IMG/VR virus record: IMGVR_UViG_3300031539_000159
From: a virus
Reading direction: 5' to 3' (one strand)
DNA length: 34,008 nt
In this document: positions 16,623 to 25,137 of the stretch, in pieces
How positions within the stretch are numbered: position 1 is the stretch's first letter
How the letters are laid out: each line of letters begins with the position of its first letter
Program-made: the position numbers and the translations under genes
The notes under the pieces: generated by a model
Told to the model about the DNA's origin: nothing
The model's input: the letters and a program-made list of their open reading frames with translations, nothing else
Database searches by the model: none

Positions 16623-16826
16623 TTGATAAACGGCGACGTCATATATTGCGATTGTTGCGGAACCGAAAAGCTGGCCCAGGTCGTCGGCGATAACCTGGTT
16701 ATCAAGGACCGCCGACACGGGGAAAAGCACGTCGCCGTCCTGAAGATTTCCGACTTGCTTGACATTTTACAAACCAGGAACCATAATTTAGAAAAGGAAC
16801 GGGCCGCGGAAGCGGCCGAAGCTTAA
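16623..16826 (+). CDS. Small hypothetical protein with a CDCCG motif
   Basis: TTG start with TAAGGGGGCGAA upstream. 67 aa. Confidence 0.45.
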   Translation: MINGDVIYCDCCGTEKLAQVVGDNLVIKDRRHGEKHVAVLKISDLLDILQTRNHNLEKERAAEAAEA

Positions 16827-16872
16827 CAACCGAATACCGGCGGCTTGACCGCCCGCAAGTTGGCCCGACCGA

Positions 16873-16911
16873 CCCCGAAGACGGATTACCGTCCTTCGGG
16901 GTTTCTTTTTT
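16873..16911 (+). terminator. Rho-independent terminator
   Basis: CCCCGAAGACGG-ATTA-CCGTC(C)TTCGGGG forms a 12-bp stem with one bulge, followed by TTTCTTTTTTAT. Confidence 0.8.
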
Positions 16912-16925
16912 ATCGGGGGCCTGAA

Positions 16926-17123
16926 ATGGAGTGCCCGAATTGCGAAAGCGAACTGAAACTGAACCAGGAACTTTCCCGCGGAATGGGGAACCAGTCCTTC
17001 CAGGATTGCCCCGTTTGCGGGACGGTTGCGCTTGTTTCGGGCGAAGTCATTACTCAATACTGGCGCCGTGATAACGGCGTCGAAAAGGGGGTAATTGAAA
17101 ATGCCGTTCGGACCGTACGCTGA
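16926..17123 (+). CDS. Small zinc-ribbon protein (65 aa; CPNC...CPVC)
   Basis: The ATG lies after the terminator with GGGGG 6 nt upstream. The longer ORF-track version (16845) would span the terminator. Confidence 0.5.
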   Translation: MECPNCESELKLNQELSRGMGNQSFQDCPVCGTVALVSGEVITQYWRRDNGVEKGVIENAVRTVR

Positions 17124-18909
17124 CTTTGACACTTGTGTCGCGCAAAATGGGGACAAGTCCAGTCCCGAAGGATTTTGCGCCTGGTTACATCATAAAATCC
17201 TGGGGACCTGGCCGTCGGGTATGTCGGCCGACAAATTCCCCGAATCCTGGTTGAACGCTTACGACGCCGCCCTGGTTGCTCAAAAGTCGGAAGCTGAAGC
17301 ATTCAAGGCCGCCGAAGCCGCCGCTGAAGAAGCGGGCTTCGAAAGGGCAAGCTTCGGTTGGGTCAAACAATACCAGGCCCCGTCCATGAAGTCGGTCAAA
17401 GATATTTACATCTTCGCCCTGGGAACCTGGACCGATAGCGCGGGCAATGAACGGACCTGGACCGGCGAAGAACTGGACCGCATGAAGGCCGCGTTCAAAG
17501 CGGGCGTTCCCGTCATGGTTCCGATAAAATGCGGACACACGTCCGACGACTTCAATCGTAAAATAGCCGAAGCCCTGGAAGTGCCCGTCGAAGTGGTTAC
17601 GGGCGACAATGGCCAGGGTCAAATCAAGATTGGTAACATGACTTCCCTTGAACGCAAAGGCGACTGGTTAGTCGCCGCGTTCGGTAATATCCCCGAACCG
17701 ATAGCCAACCTTATCGAAGGCGGCCAATACTCGAACGTTAGTGTCGAGATTGAAGACAAGGTCGGGGAATACGGTCCCGTCATAACGGGCGTCGCCCTAC
17801 TAGGCGCGGAAGAACCGGCAGTTGAAGGGGCGACCCTGGAACGGGCCCTGGTATTCGGCGGGACCAGGAAAGGCGCGCGGGTATGGTCATTCAAGGTTGG
17901 CGACCAATTACCCGACCCCGCGACGCTTCGGTCGGAGTTCGACGACATTCGAAGCAAGGTCGCGGACATAATCAAGGGGAAGAAAGGGGCGCCTTTATTC
18001 AGGGCCTTGTTCGGTAACATAACCGAACTATTCGAACGAATGGTTGGCGGAAGACATTCCGCCCCAGGGGACAACGCGGAAGTCCCCGAAGAAGTCCGCG
18101 CCATTGCCGACCAGGAATACCAGGGGAACATTCAACCCCTGATTGCCTGGGCGGGAACCGTCGGCTTCGACCAATGTGTCGTTGAACTGACGGGCAAGCC
18201 TGGCATTACCGACCCCGTCCGCGTTTGCGGTTGGTTGAAAGGCCAGGCACATTCACAATCAAAAGAAGGGGGTATCAAAACCATGAAGGAAATCAAGGCA
18301 TTCAAAAACATGAAGGCCGAAGATATTCGGTCGTTGAAGGTCAAGGACCTGGCCGCCAAACTCCAGGACGAAGGGGAAGTCACGATTGGCGAAATCGTTG
18401 ACGCTTTGCCGGAAGAACCGGCGAAGGGCATTGCTGATATAGCCGCCGCCCTGGGCCTGGGCGCTGAAGCGACCGTTGAAGAAATGGTCGCCGCCATTGA
18501 AGCGTTGAAGGCCGCCGCCCCTGAAGGCGAAATGGGGAATGAATTCAAAAAGGCTAATAGCCGAATCGCCGTCCTGGAAGGCGAAAAGGCCGTTCGGGAT
18601 TGGGAAGACAAAACCCACGAATTCAAAGCGATTCCTGGGACCGCCCATGAACACGCCGTCGCCCTGGCCGCCATTGAATCCAAAGCGGGGAAGGAAGCGG
18701 CCGAATCACAGTACGCCGCCCTGAAGGAAGCGAACCGGCTTGCTGAAGAAGCTTTGAAGATTGTCGGTACTTCCAGGTCCGCGGGTCCGACCGACTTCGA
18801 CAACGAAGTTGCGAAGCACATGACGGCCGACCCGAAAGCTACGAAGGCGGAAGCAATCAAGGCCGTATCCAAAGCCCGCCCCGACCTGTATTTTGCCAGG
18901 CGGCAATAG
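17101..18909 (+). CDS. Prohead protease-scaffold fusion (Mu gpI-like)
   Basis: N-terminal PYADFDTCVAQNGDKSSPEGFCAWL motif, then IFALGTWTDSAGNERTWTGEELDRM...VPIKCGHTSD (Mu-like prophage protease I pattern). The C-terminus is Ala/Glu/Lys-rich and helical. AAGGGGGTAATTGAAA precedes the ATG at 17101. Confidence 0.7.
   Translation: MPFGPYADFDTCVAQNGDKSSPEGFCAWLHHKILGTWPSGMSADKFPESWLNAYDAALVAQKSEAEAFKAAEAAAEEAGFERASFGWVKQYQAPSMKSVKDIYIFALGTWTDSAGNERTWTGEELDRMKAAFKAGVPVMVPIKCGHTSDDFNRKIAEALEVPVEVVTGDNGQGQIKIGNMTSLERKGDWLVAAFGNIPEPIANLIEGGQYSNVSVEIEDKVGEYGPVITGVALLGAEEPAVEGATLERALVFGGTRKGARVWSFKVGDQLPDPATLRSEFDDIRSKVADIIKGKKGAPLFRALFGNITELFERMVGGRHSAPGDNAEVPEEVRAIADQEYQGNIQPLIAWAGTVGFDQCVVELTGKPGITDPVRVCGWLKGQAHSQSKEGGIKTMKEIKAFKNMKAEDIRSLKVKDLAAKLQDEGEVTIGEIVDALPEEPAKGIADIAAALGLGAEATVEEMVAAIEALKAAAPEGEMGNEFKKANSRIAVLEGEKAVRDWEDKTHEFKAIPGTAHEHAVALAAIESKAGKEAAESQYAALKEANRLAEEALKIVGTSRSAGPTDFDNEVAKHMTADPKATKAEAIKAVSKARPDLYFARRQ
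18283..18909 (+). CDS. Nested in-frame scaffold protein (208 aa) from an internal start
   Basis: A strong internal SD (GAAGGGGGTATCAAAACC) precedes an in-frame ATG at 18283 ((18283-17101) is divisible by 3). The product is helical and Ala/Glu-rich. Confidence 0.45.
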   Translation: MKEIKAFKNMKAEDIRSLKVKDLAAKLQDEGEVTIGEIVDALPEEPAKGIADIAAALGLGAEATVEEMVAAIEALKAAAPEGEMGNEFKKANSRIAVLEGEKAVRDWEDKTHEFKAIPGTAHEHAVALAAIESKAGKEAAESQYAALKEANRLAEEALKIVGTSRSAGPTDFDNEVAKHMTADPKATKAEAIKAVSKARPDLYFARRQ

Positions 18910-18948
18910 GAACGGGCAAGTAAAATCGAATAAGGGGGTATATCCAAA

Positions 18949-19347
18949 ATGGGACTGAACGAAAAACTAATCTGGACGGAATCCATGAAGACGGCCGCGG
19001 CGCTGGCCGACTATTCGTCCAAACAGTATTATGGCGCCAAAATGAACGACGACCGCGAAATCGTCCTTCCGACCAATGACGCCGATATTCCGGTCGGGCT
19101 TGTCCTGAACAATCCGGCAAATAGTAAGGACGCGCTTCTTCTGATTGTCGGGCGTGCCCCTGGCGTGGTCGGGGAAGCGATTACCGCGGGCCAAAAGGTC
19201 CGCATTGCCAGCGGGGGCAAGGTCATGCTTTGGGAAACCACGGATACCACTTGCCATTGCGTCGGTCAATGCGTCGAAGGCGCTGACGACGACGGACAAG
19301 TGGGGGTCTTCAACTTCTCATTCCCAGGCGCGATTGACACGGCCTAA
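18949..19347 (+). CDS. Head decoration-like protein (DUF2190-like; positional analogue of lambda gpD)
   Basis: 132 aa between the protease/scaffold and the MCP. Gly/Val-rich beta pattern GRAPGVVGEAITAGQKVRIASGGKV. Confidence 0.5.
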   Translation: MGLNEKLIWTESMKTAAALADYSSKQYYGAKMNDDREIVLPTNDADIPVGLVLNNPANSKDALLLIVGRAPGVVGEAITAGQKVRIASGGKVMLWETTDTTCHCVGQCVEGADDDGQVGVFNFSFPGAIDTA

Positions 19348-19387
19348 CCCGTGTCATTGAAAATCTAAATAAGGGGGAAACTCGAAA

Positions 19388-20356
19388 ATGAAACGAATGT
19401 TCGGAAACCCGACCATTGGCGACGTACACGTTGACCAGGCGTTATCTGAAATCGCCATTGCGTATCGGAATAAATCCTTTATCGCGGACCAGGTCTTCCC
19501 GCTGGTCGAAGTGGAAAAGCAAAGCGACAAATACCACGTTTGGGACAAGGGTTCCTGGTTGACCAACCAGGTTGAAACCCGAACCCCTGGGGACACCTAT
19601 CCGGAAGGTCGCATTAAGCTTTCCCAGGACGAATTCTTCTGCGACATCTATCACCTGGGTTACGCGATACCCTGGGAACTCCAAAAGAACCAGGACGCCG
19701 CCGTTCAACTGGAAGAAACGGGGGCCGAATGGTTGGCCCATCAATTCATGCTGAACCGCGAAATCCAAATCGCCGCGGCAATCTTCACTTCGACGGGGCC
19801 AGTATGGGACACGAACCCGACCGTCGGGGCCGACTTTATCGCCTGGGACGATTACGACAACTCCAACCCGCCGGAAGATATTGACACTTATCGCGACACG
19901 GTCCTTCAGAATACCGGCGTGGAACCGAATACCCTGGTTATCGGGAAACAGGTTTACAGCAAGCTTCGCCGACACCCGTTGCTTCTGGATATGTATAAAT
20001 ACACGGGTCGCGGCATTCTGACCGAAGCTGAAGTCGCCGCCGCGCTGGAAATTGAAAAGCTGGTTGTCGGGAAATGCGTCCAGCGAACGTCCATTGAAGG
20101 GACGGCCGTCGCGGTCCAGGCTTTCGTTTGGGGGAAGGACGCGCTTATGCTTTACGTCCCCGAACGGCCCGCATTGCGGGAACCGGCCGCCGGTTATACC
20201 TTCGCCTGGAAGATTGACGATTCCGGCTTGACCGTGAACATTGTCCCGACCGTCCAGGAAAACCGCGACCGCGATTTCCTGAAAGGGAAACACGCGTACG
20301 ACTTCAAGGTCACGGGGGCGGACCTGGGCGTTTTCTTTGAAAGCGTCATAAGCTAA
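19388..20356 (+). CDS. Major capsid protein (lambda gpE-like family, HK97 fold)
   Basis: 322 aa at the expected position. The N-terminal LSEIAIAYRNKSFIADQVFPLVEVEKQSDKYHVWDKGSW pattern is typical of capsid protein E-like MCPs. A hairpin lies downstream. Confidence 0.8.
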   Translation: MKRMFGNPTIGDVHVDQALSEIAIAYRNKSFIADQVFPLVEVEKQSDKYHVWDKGSWLTNQVETRTPGDTYPEGRIKLSQDEFFCDIYHLGYAIPWELQKNQDAAVQLEETGAEWLAHQFMLNREIQIAAAIFTSTGPVWDTNPTVGADFIAWDDYDNSNPPEDIDTYRDTVLQNTGVEPNTLVIGKQVYSKLRRHPLLLDMYKYTGRGILTEAEVAAALEIEKLVVGKCVQRTSIEGTAVAVQAFVWGKDALMLYVPERPALREPAAGYTFAWKIDDSGLTVNIVPTVQENRDRDFLKGKHAYDFKVTGADLGVFFESVIS

Positions 20357-20373
20357 ACGAAGAACTGGCAAAT

Positions 20374-20397
20374 CGGGGCCCTGAAATAAGGGCCCCG
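20374..20397 (+). terminator. GC hairpin after the MCP gene (terminator/attenuator-like, no U tract)
   Basis: CGGGGCCC-TGAAATAA-GGGCCCCG forms a perfect 8-bp stem. Confidence 0.45.
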
Positions 20398-20425
20398 AAA
20401 TCGAACTAATAAGGGGGAAATCGAA

Positions 20426-21382
20426 ATGAAATCACAACCGACGACCCGTTTTCCTGGAAGAAGTATATTCGAAACAATCCAGGCGGACAATTACGAAGGG
20501 TTAGGCGGGATAATTCAGGCCCCAGGCCAGGACTTCTTCGTATCGTCCAATCGGGGCCACAACAACAAGTCGGGCTTGTCCTGGGCGCAACCGAAGGCCG
20601 AAATTCAGGCGGCAATGGAACTGGCCGCAATCGCCCGTTACAAAGGCCGCGGGCTATGCCGTGTCTTCGTCGAAAGCGGCGGATATACCGGCCCAATCCT
20701 TACCCCGACGAATGCCGATTGTCCGTTCGGCGCGTTGATAGGCGTCAACAACAACGGGGAAGGAAACGGGCCCTGGTTACAGGCGTTGACGGCGGGGGGG
20801 ACTATCCTGACCGTTCGGGCGCGGGGCTGGATTGTATCCGGCTTCGAATTCGACCTTCCGACCACGGGCAAGGGAATTGACCTGGACGGTAAGACGGCCG
20901 CCATGAGTGCCCAATATACCAAAATACGGAAGTGCCTTTTCAACGGCGCGAAGAATGCGACTTACGGGATAGACTTCCGCGGGGGTTCGACCTTCGTCGT
21001 CATTGAAGATAATATCTTCTATGACATATACAACGCGGGCGGGCTGGCCCAGGCAATCGCCTGTACCGATAGTTCAACCGACGTCCCGCAATGGGTGAAG
21101 GTCCTGGGAAATTGGTTCGCCAATAACGACAAGCATTTGTCGTTGAATGGACTTCGCGGGTTCAAGAATGGCCAAATCAAGGAAAATACCTTCGTCAAGA
21201 CGGGCAATATAAAGACCGCGACGGTCCTGGTTGACCTGACGGGGGGTTCGAACAACGTCGTCGCCGAGAATTTCAGCGACCATGATTGGTCTATAAATAC
21301 TACGGAAATGAAGGCGGGTACGAACGACATGTGGGGACCGAACCATTGTCCCGCTGGCGTCAAGTACGGCAATCCGGCCTAA
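20426..21382 (+). CDS. Right-handed parallel beta-helix (pectate-lyase-like) structural protein
   Basis: Rung-like repeats occur: GIDLDG..., YGIDFRGGSTFVVIEDNIFYD, VKVLGNWFANN, GQIKENTFVKTG, NNVVAENFS. Confidence 0.5.
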   Translation: MKSQPTTRFPGRSIFETIQADNYEGLGGIIQAPGQDFFVSSNRGHNNKSGLSWAQPKAEIQAAMELAAIARYKGRGLCRVFVESGGYTGPILTPTNADCPFGALIGVNNNGEGNGPWLQALTAGGTILTVRARGWIVSGFEFDLPTTGKGIDLDGKTAAMSAQYTKIRKCLFNGAKNATYGIDFRGGSTFVVIEDNIFYDIYNAGGLAQAIACTDSSTDVPQWVKVLGNWFANNDKHLSLNGLRGFKNGQIKENTFVKTGNIKTATVLVDLTGGSNNVVAENFSDHDWSINTTEMKAGTNDMWGPNHCPAGVKYGNPA

Positions 21383-21393
21383 ACATGGCACCT

Positions 21394-21421
21394 GGGGGCC
21401 CCTGGTCAACCTGGGGGCCCC
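21394..21421 (+). terminator. GC hairpin formed by two GGGGGCCCC units (terminator-like)
   Basis: GGGGGCCCC-TGGTCAACCT-GGGGGCCCC pairs at 8 of 9 positions. The units are part of a 14-bp direct repeat ACCTGGGGGCCCCT at 21390 and 21409. Confidence 0.4.
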
Positions 21422-21496
21422 TTACTCGACAACTGAATAACGGGTTACTGGCCCTTCGGGGGCCGTCCTGAATAAGAATGTAGGGGGTAACGTCAA

Positions 21497-21874
21497 ATGG
21501 TAACACCTTCACGGGACAACCGTTCCGCAAAGCAAATGACCCGAAAAGCCCTTCCGCTTGAAAAGGCGAACGTCCACAATGGCAATAAGAACGCCAATAC
21601 CGACTTCCTGACAACCGCCTTGACCCCTTCCGATTATCCGGTCCTTTTCCGCGTTCAAGTCATGCTTCCGGCCGCGGGAAAGTTCACGGCGAAGATTACC
21701 AAAGCGACCGCGACGTTGACTGGCCATTTCAACGGCGGGGCGAACCTGGCCGCAAGTTGCTTGTATATCTTCGACTTGCTGGTCCATTCGGGGGATTCGG
21801 TCAACTTCCAGTCCGACCAAAACCAGGACGGACACCTTCTTCGGGTCCAGGAAATCACCTGGGGGGTTCAATGA
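21497..21874 (+). CDS. Hypothetical structural protein (125 aa, beta-rich)
   Basis: TAGGGGGTAA SD. Lies in the structural region. Confidence 0.55.
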   Translation: MVTPSRDNRSAKQMTRKALPLEKANVHNGNKNANTDFLTTALTPSDYPVLFRVQVMLPAAGKFTAKITKATATLTGHFNGGANLAASCLYIFDLLVHSGDSVNFQSDQNQDGHLLRVQEITWGVQ

Positions 21875-21875
21875 T

Positions 21876-22439
21876 ATGTCGTACCCGCCCCAGGGACTAG
21901 ACAAGGCCGACGTACTGACGAACCTGGCCGTCGTGGACGCGAACGTTGACGATAGCCTAGCCAATGTCGCGGCCCTTCAACATCATATTCATTCCCGCTT
22001 CCGCGTTTATCCCCAGGACGTCGGGGCGACGATAAGCCTGGCGGCGGCGGAAGCGGCAAACACTTTCGGGGATTGGACACAAATTGTTCCAATAAATACG
22101 ATTGATTTTGTGTATATGGTCATTGGCCTTTTGATTGAAGCCGTGGACGCCCCGACGACTTACTTCGTCCAGTTGGGTTATAGTATCGTTGACGGGACCG
22201 AACCGACAACGGCGCAAATAATAGGGGAAAGGCGTATTCGGCTTGTTACCGTCCCGATAGCAAGGGCGACGGAAATTCTCGGAATACATGCGTCCCATTG
22301 TCCAGCGAATGCGAAGTTGTGGGGCAGATTGAAGACAGCTTCCATTGCCGCCGACGAAGTGGAAGTAAGCATTGCCGTAATACGCCATATAGACATAACA
22401 AATCCGATAGCCAAATTAGCGACGTGGCCGTGGTCATAA
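21876..22439 (+). CDS. Hypothetical structural protein starting MSYPPQG
   Basis: 187 aa, starting 1 nt after the previous stop. Its N-terminus resembles the next gene. Confidence 0.55.
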   Translation: MSYPPQGLDKADVLTNLAVVDANVDDSLANVAALQHHIHSRFRVYPQDVGATISLAAAEAANTFGDWTQIVPINTIDFVYMVIGLLIEAVDAPTTYFVQLGYSIVDGTEPTTAQIIGERRIRLVTVPIARATEILGIHASHCPANAKLWGRLKTASIAADEVEVSIAVIRHIDITNPIAKLATWPWS

Positions 22440-22463
22440 TCCGAATTAAGGGGGTATAGTAAA

Positions 22464-23066
22464 ATGAGTTTTCCGCCACAAGGAACGCAAACTGATATAT
22501 CAAGCCTGGGAACGCTGTCGAATCAGTCAACGTTATTGACCAGGTTATCGGCGGCCCGCGCGGGATACATGGACGCCCTGAACCGCGACCGGCCTTCAAT
22601 GCTTTTCCCGTCGGCCTTGCCGAAGGCGATTATCGCCGTTCCCGCGGTTGGGAACGTCGCCGACCTGGACTTCCCCGACATAATCGTTGCTGGTCTTCCT
22701 TCGGGAATTACGATTGCGCGGGCGGACCTGGTCCTGATAATCGGGGCCCTTCTGGATACTTCGGCGGCTGAAAATCAGGTTGCCGCCGCCAATAAGAAGC
22801 TACGAATCAAGATTTCGACGGGGGCCTGGGCGACCAACGATATTCCCGCATTGACCTTCGTCCTGAATTCGCTTCAATGTGACGCCAGCGCATACCGCGG
22901 CGGGACCGTCCTATTCGGCGCGACCGATATTAAGGCGGTCGTAACCGCTGACGGGACATATAACCTTCGGTCCGTACAAACGACCCGTGAAGACGCCGTC
23001 ATTGCGACAGGGGATACCCTGGAACTTCTGGACGTAAGCGCGGTCATTCGCGTATGGTTCAATTAA
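22464..23066 (+). CDS. Hypothetical structural protein starting MSFPPQG
   Basis: 200 aa with TTAAGGGGGTATAG SD. Carries an N-terminal helix LLTRLSAARAGYMDALN. Confidence 0.55.
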   Translation: MSFPPQGTQTDISSLGTLSNQSTLLTRLSAARAGYMDALNRDRPSMLFPSALPKAIIAVPAVGNVADLDFPDIIVAGLPSGITIARADLVLIIGALLDTSAAENQVAAANKKLRIKISTGAWATNDIPALTFVLNSLQCDASAYRGGTVLFGATDIKAVVTADGTYNLRSVQTTREDAVIATGDTLELLDVSAVIRVWFN

Positions 23067-23078
23067 CGGGGGGAAGAC

Positions 23079-23582
23079 ATGGCAGTTGAAGAACAACTGG
23101 CAGATAACACGGCGCAAAGTTTGAGTGTATCGAACTTCCAGCGGGCGGGCCAAAGGCTTACTATCTCGAATCGGATTGTCTCAAAATTGGCCTTCAATCT
23201 GAAGAAGTCTTTGTCGCCGTCGGGCAATGTGACCTTCACCATTCGAAAGGTAAGCAACGATTCTGTAATTGCTTCGAAGGTATGGGGGGACGCTTCTTCG
23301 TTGCCGACCACTACCGATTGGCAAGAAGTAACATTCGACAGTCCAGTCCTGGTCAATGAAGAAGTAAGAATAAGTTGTGAATACGAGGGGGCGACCCTGG
23401 TTAGTATCAGAATTCAGGGTTCGGACGTCAAGTCGAATGAAGTTGAAACTTATCATAATGAGGGGTCGTGGGTGGACGACGCGAACAAAGACATGGCGTA
23501 CAAATACACTTATGAAGTATATGCGCCGCCTGTCGCTTCGGGGGGCGGACCCGCGGGCCTTGTCGCGGCGGGCATAATATAA
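23079..23582 (+). CDS. Hypothetical structural protein, paralogous to the N-terminal domain of the 1264-aa tail protein
   Basis: Residues 3-105 align at roughly half identity with residues 48-150 of gene 26790 (EEQ..NTA.SL...F.R.GQRLTI..R.VS.LAF....P.GN..F.I.KVS.DSVI..KV.GDAS.L.....W.EV.FD.P...N.EVR). Confidence 0.6.
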   Translation: MAVEEQLADNTAQSLSVSNFQRAGQRLTISNRIVSKLAFNLKKSLSPSGNVTFTIRKVSNDSVIASKVWGDASSLPTTTDWQEVTFDSPVLVNEEVRISCEYEGATLVSIRIQGSDVKSNEVETYHNEGSWVDDANKDMAYKYTYEVYAPPVASGGGPAGLVAAGII

Positions 23583-23595
23583 AGGGGGCTTAGAC

Positions 23596-24108
23596 ATGAC
23601 AGTTGAAGCTAATACTTACGCCGAACATGAAGACGTCGAACGGTTGATTGGCGACATTGTCGAAGACCGGACCTTCACGGAAACCACGGCCCCTTCCCTG
23701 GCCCAGGTCGAAGAAGAACTGGACAACGCCGCCCTGGACTTGAATCGGGAACTGGACCAGGTCGGTTATACCGTCCCCGTGTCCGAAACCGATTACCCGA
23801 CGGCGTACGGATACCTGAAGGCGGCCAATGCTTACGGCGCGGCCGCGGTCCTATTGTCCACAATACCCGCGGACGTTTACGACCCGACGGAAGAAGTCGA
23901 ACAACCAGGGACGACCAGGGCCCAGGTATATTCGAACAAGTTCAAGTCGGCATTGAAGGCAATCAAGGAAAACCGCCTTCGCGCCGGTCGGCGGGTCGGC
24001 CGCCTGGCGAACCTGGCCGCTGGTTCCGCGGTTGACGACGAAGGGAATACGAAGGAACCGATATTTACCAGGCGCGAAGATTCGTACCCAGGGATTGACG
24101 TCTATTGA
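23596..24108 (+). CDS. Putative head-tail adaptor/connector
   Basis: 170 aa and the first gene of the connector block. It has an acidic helical N-terminus. The call is by position. Confidence 0.4.
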   Translation: MTVEANTYAEHEDVERLIGDIVEDRTFTETTAPSLAQVEEELDNAALDLNRELDQVGYTVPVSETDYPTAYGYLKAANAYGAAAVLLSTIPADVYDPTEEVEQPGTTRAQVYSNKFKSALKAIKENRLRAGRRVGRLANLAAGSAVDDEGNTKEPIFTRREDSYPGIDVY

Positions 24109-24193
24109 CCGAAATAATGACAGCGACGAGCTGGCAGCCGGCTGAATTTTTGAAGCTAAACGAAGATACAAACGGCGAAAGGAAGGGTATAAA

Positions 24194-24634
24194 ATGGGCC
24201 AGGCGACAATCGAAGCGGGAATTATAGCGACCATTATCAAACACGCTGACTTCGACGCTGATAATACGAAGCTATACGACCGGCGGCCAATGGGAAAGGG
24301 GAAGGCCCGCGTCGTCGTCGTTTCTTATAATTCACACCGCAAAGAACAAATCACCTTGAAAATGGAAAGGCGTATCTGGACCTATAACGTGGACGTCATG
24401 GTCCCCTGGCGGGGCGACTTGACCGAATTGGATACCAGGGTCGGGACCGAAACGCAAAAGGTCATTGATACCCTGGCCGCATACCCGAAGCTGAACGGGG
24501 TCGCGGGGGTCCAGCGGACCGACGTCACAATGGCGAATACGCCTGACCTTATCCAGGAAAAGAAGGGCGGGTATCGGGGTCGAAGACACTTCCTTGAAGT
24601 TCGGGAAATCGTTGACCCAGGAAGGGTTGAATAA
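24194..24634 (+). CDS. Putative head-closure/head-tail joining protein
   Basis: 146 aa. The call is by position only. Confidence 0.35.
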   Translation: MGQATIEAGIIATIIKHADFDADNTKLYDRRPMGKGKARVVVVSYNSHRKEQITLKMERRIWTYNVDVMVPWRGDLTELDTRVGTETQKVIDTLAAYPKLNGVAGVQRTDVTMANTPDLIQEKKGGYRGRRHFLEVREIVDPGRVE

Positions 24635-25137
24635 TGGCCGAAATGGAATTCGATTATCACGAACTGGAAGACCTGGGCCGCCGCGTGAATGAAGCGGGGG
24701 ATACCGTGACGCGTATTTCGATAAACGAAGGGTTCCGGAAGTTGGGTCGGCTTATCGTACCGGCGACGGGGACTGGTCCATTGGCGAACGCGACCCCGAA
24801 GGTATCCGGCAAGCTGGCCAGGTCAACCGTCTTCCAGATAATCGGCGGGCCCATGAACCAGGTCCTTGAAATCCGCCAGGCGGCCCGTTCCGCCCTGGGG
24901 GTATTTTACGGCTTCATTGTCCGCGAAGGTCGCGGGCCGGTCTTCGCAATAAACGCGAAGGCCCTTCACTTCTTCATTGGGGGCCAGGAATTCTTCCGGA
25001 AGTCGGTCGGGCCCGCGAAGCCGAACCCGTACCATAGGCGCGTATTCGCACAACTGAAGCCGCAAATACAAACGATAGTCAATGATATGGGGAAGCGGAT
25101 TATCGCCCATATCAGCGGGCAAGGGGGCGCACAGTAA
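24634..25137 (+). CDS. HK97 gp10-like tail completion protein
   Basis: TAATG overlap. The GFRKLGRLIVPATGTGPLANATPKVSGKLARST...FFRKSVGPAKPNPY pattern resembles the gp10 family. Confidence 0.45.
   Translation: MAEMEFDYHELEDLGRRVNEAGDTVTRISINEGFRKLGRLIVPATGTGPLANATPKVSGKLARSTVFQIIGGPMNQVLEIRQAARSALGVFYGFIVREGRGPVFAINAKALHFFIGGQEFFRKSVGPAKPNPYHRRVFAQLKPQIQTIVNDMGKRIIAHISGQGGAQ

Noticed and set aside
16845-17123. 92-aa version of the zinc-ribbon ORF, along with other long ORF-track starts (4822, 5429, 4686, 7070, 9147, 16275, 31434, 33118, 12298, 13799, 25169, 17095).
   Set aside because: The upstream extensions overlap the preceding gene or the terminator and lack SD sequences. Internal ATG/GTG codons with GGGGG-type SDs or 4-nt stop/start overlaps fit the genome-wide pattern better.
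14094-20356. The Mu-like head module as evidence for a transposable (Mu-type) phage.
   Set aside because: There is no MuA/MuB-like transposase and no host-DNA ends. The genome closes into a circle and has an initiator/iteron-type replication module instead.
24109-24193. 85-nt gap with the 10-bp palindrome CAGCCGGCTG followed by AATTTTT, considered as a terminator, plus a 36-codon ORF from ATG 24117.
   Set aside because: The palindrome can form only a 3-bp stem with a 4-nt loop. The small ORF has no SD and runs into the next gene out of frame.
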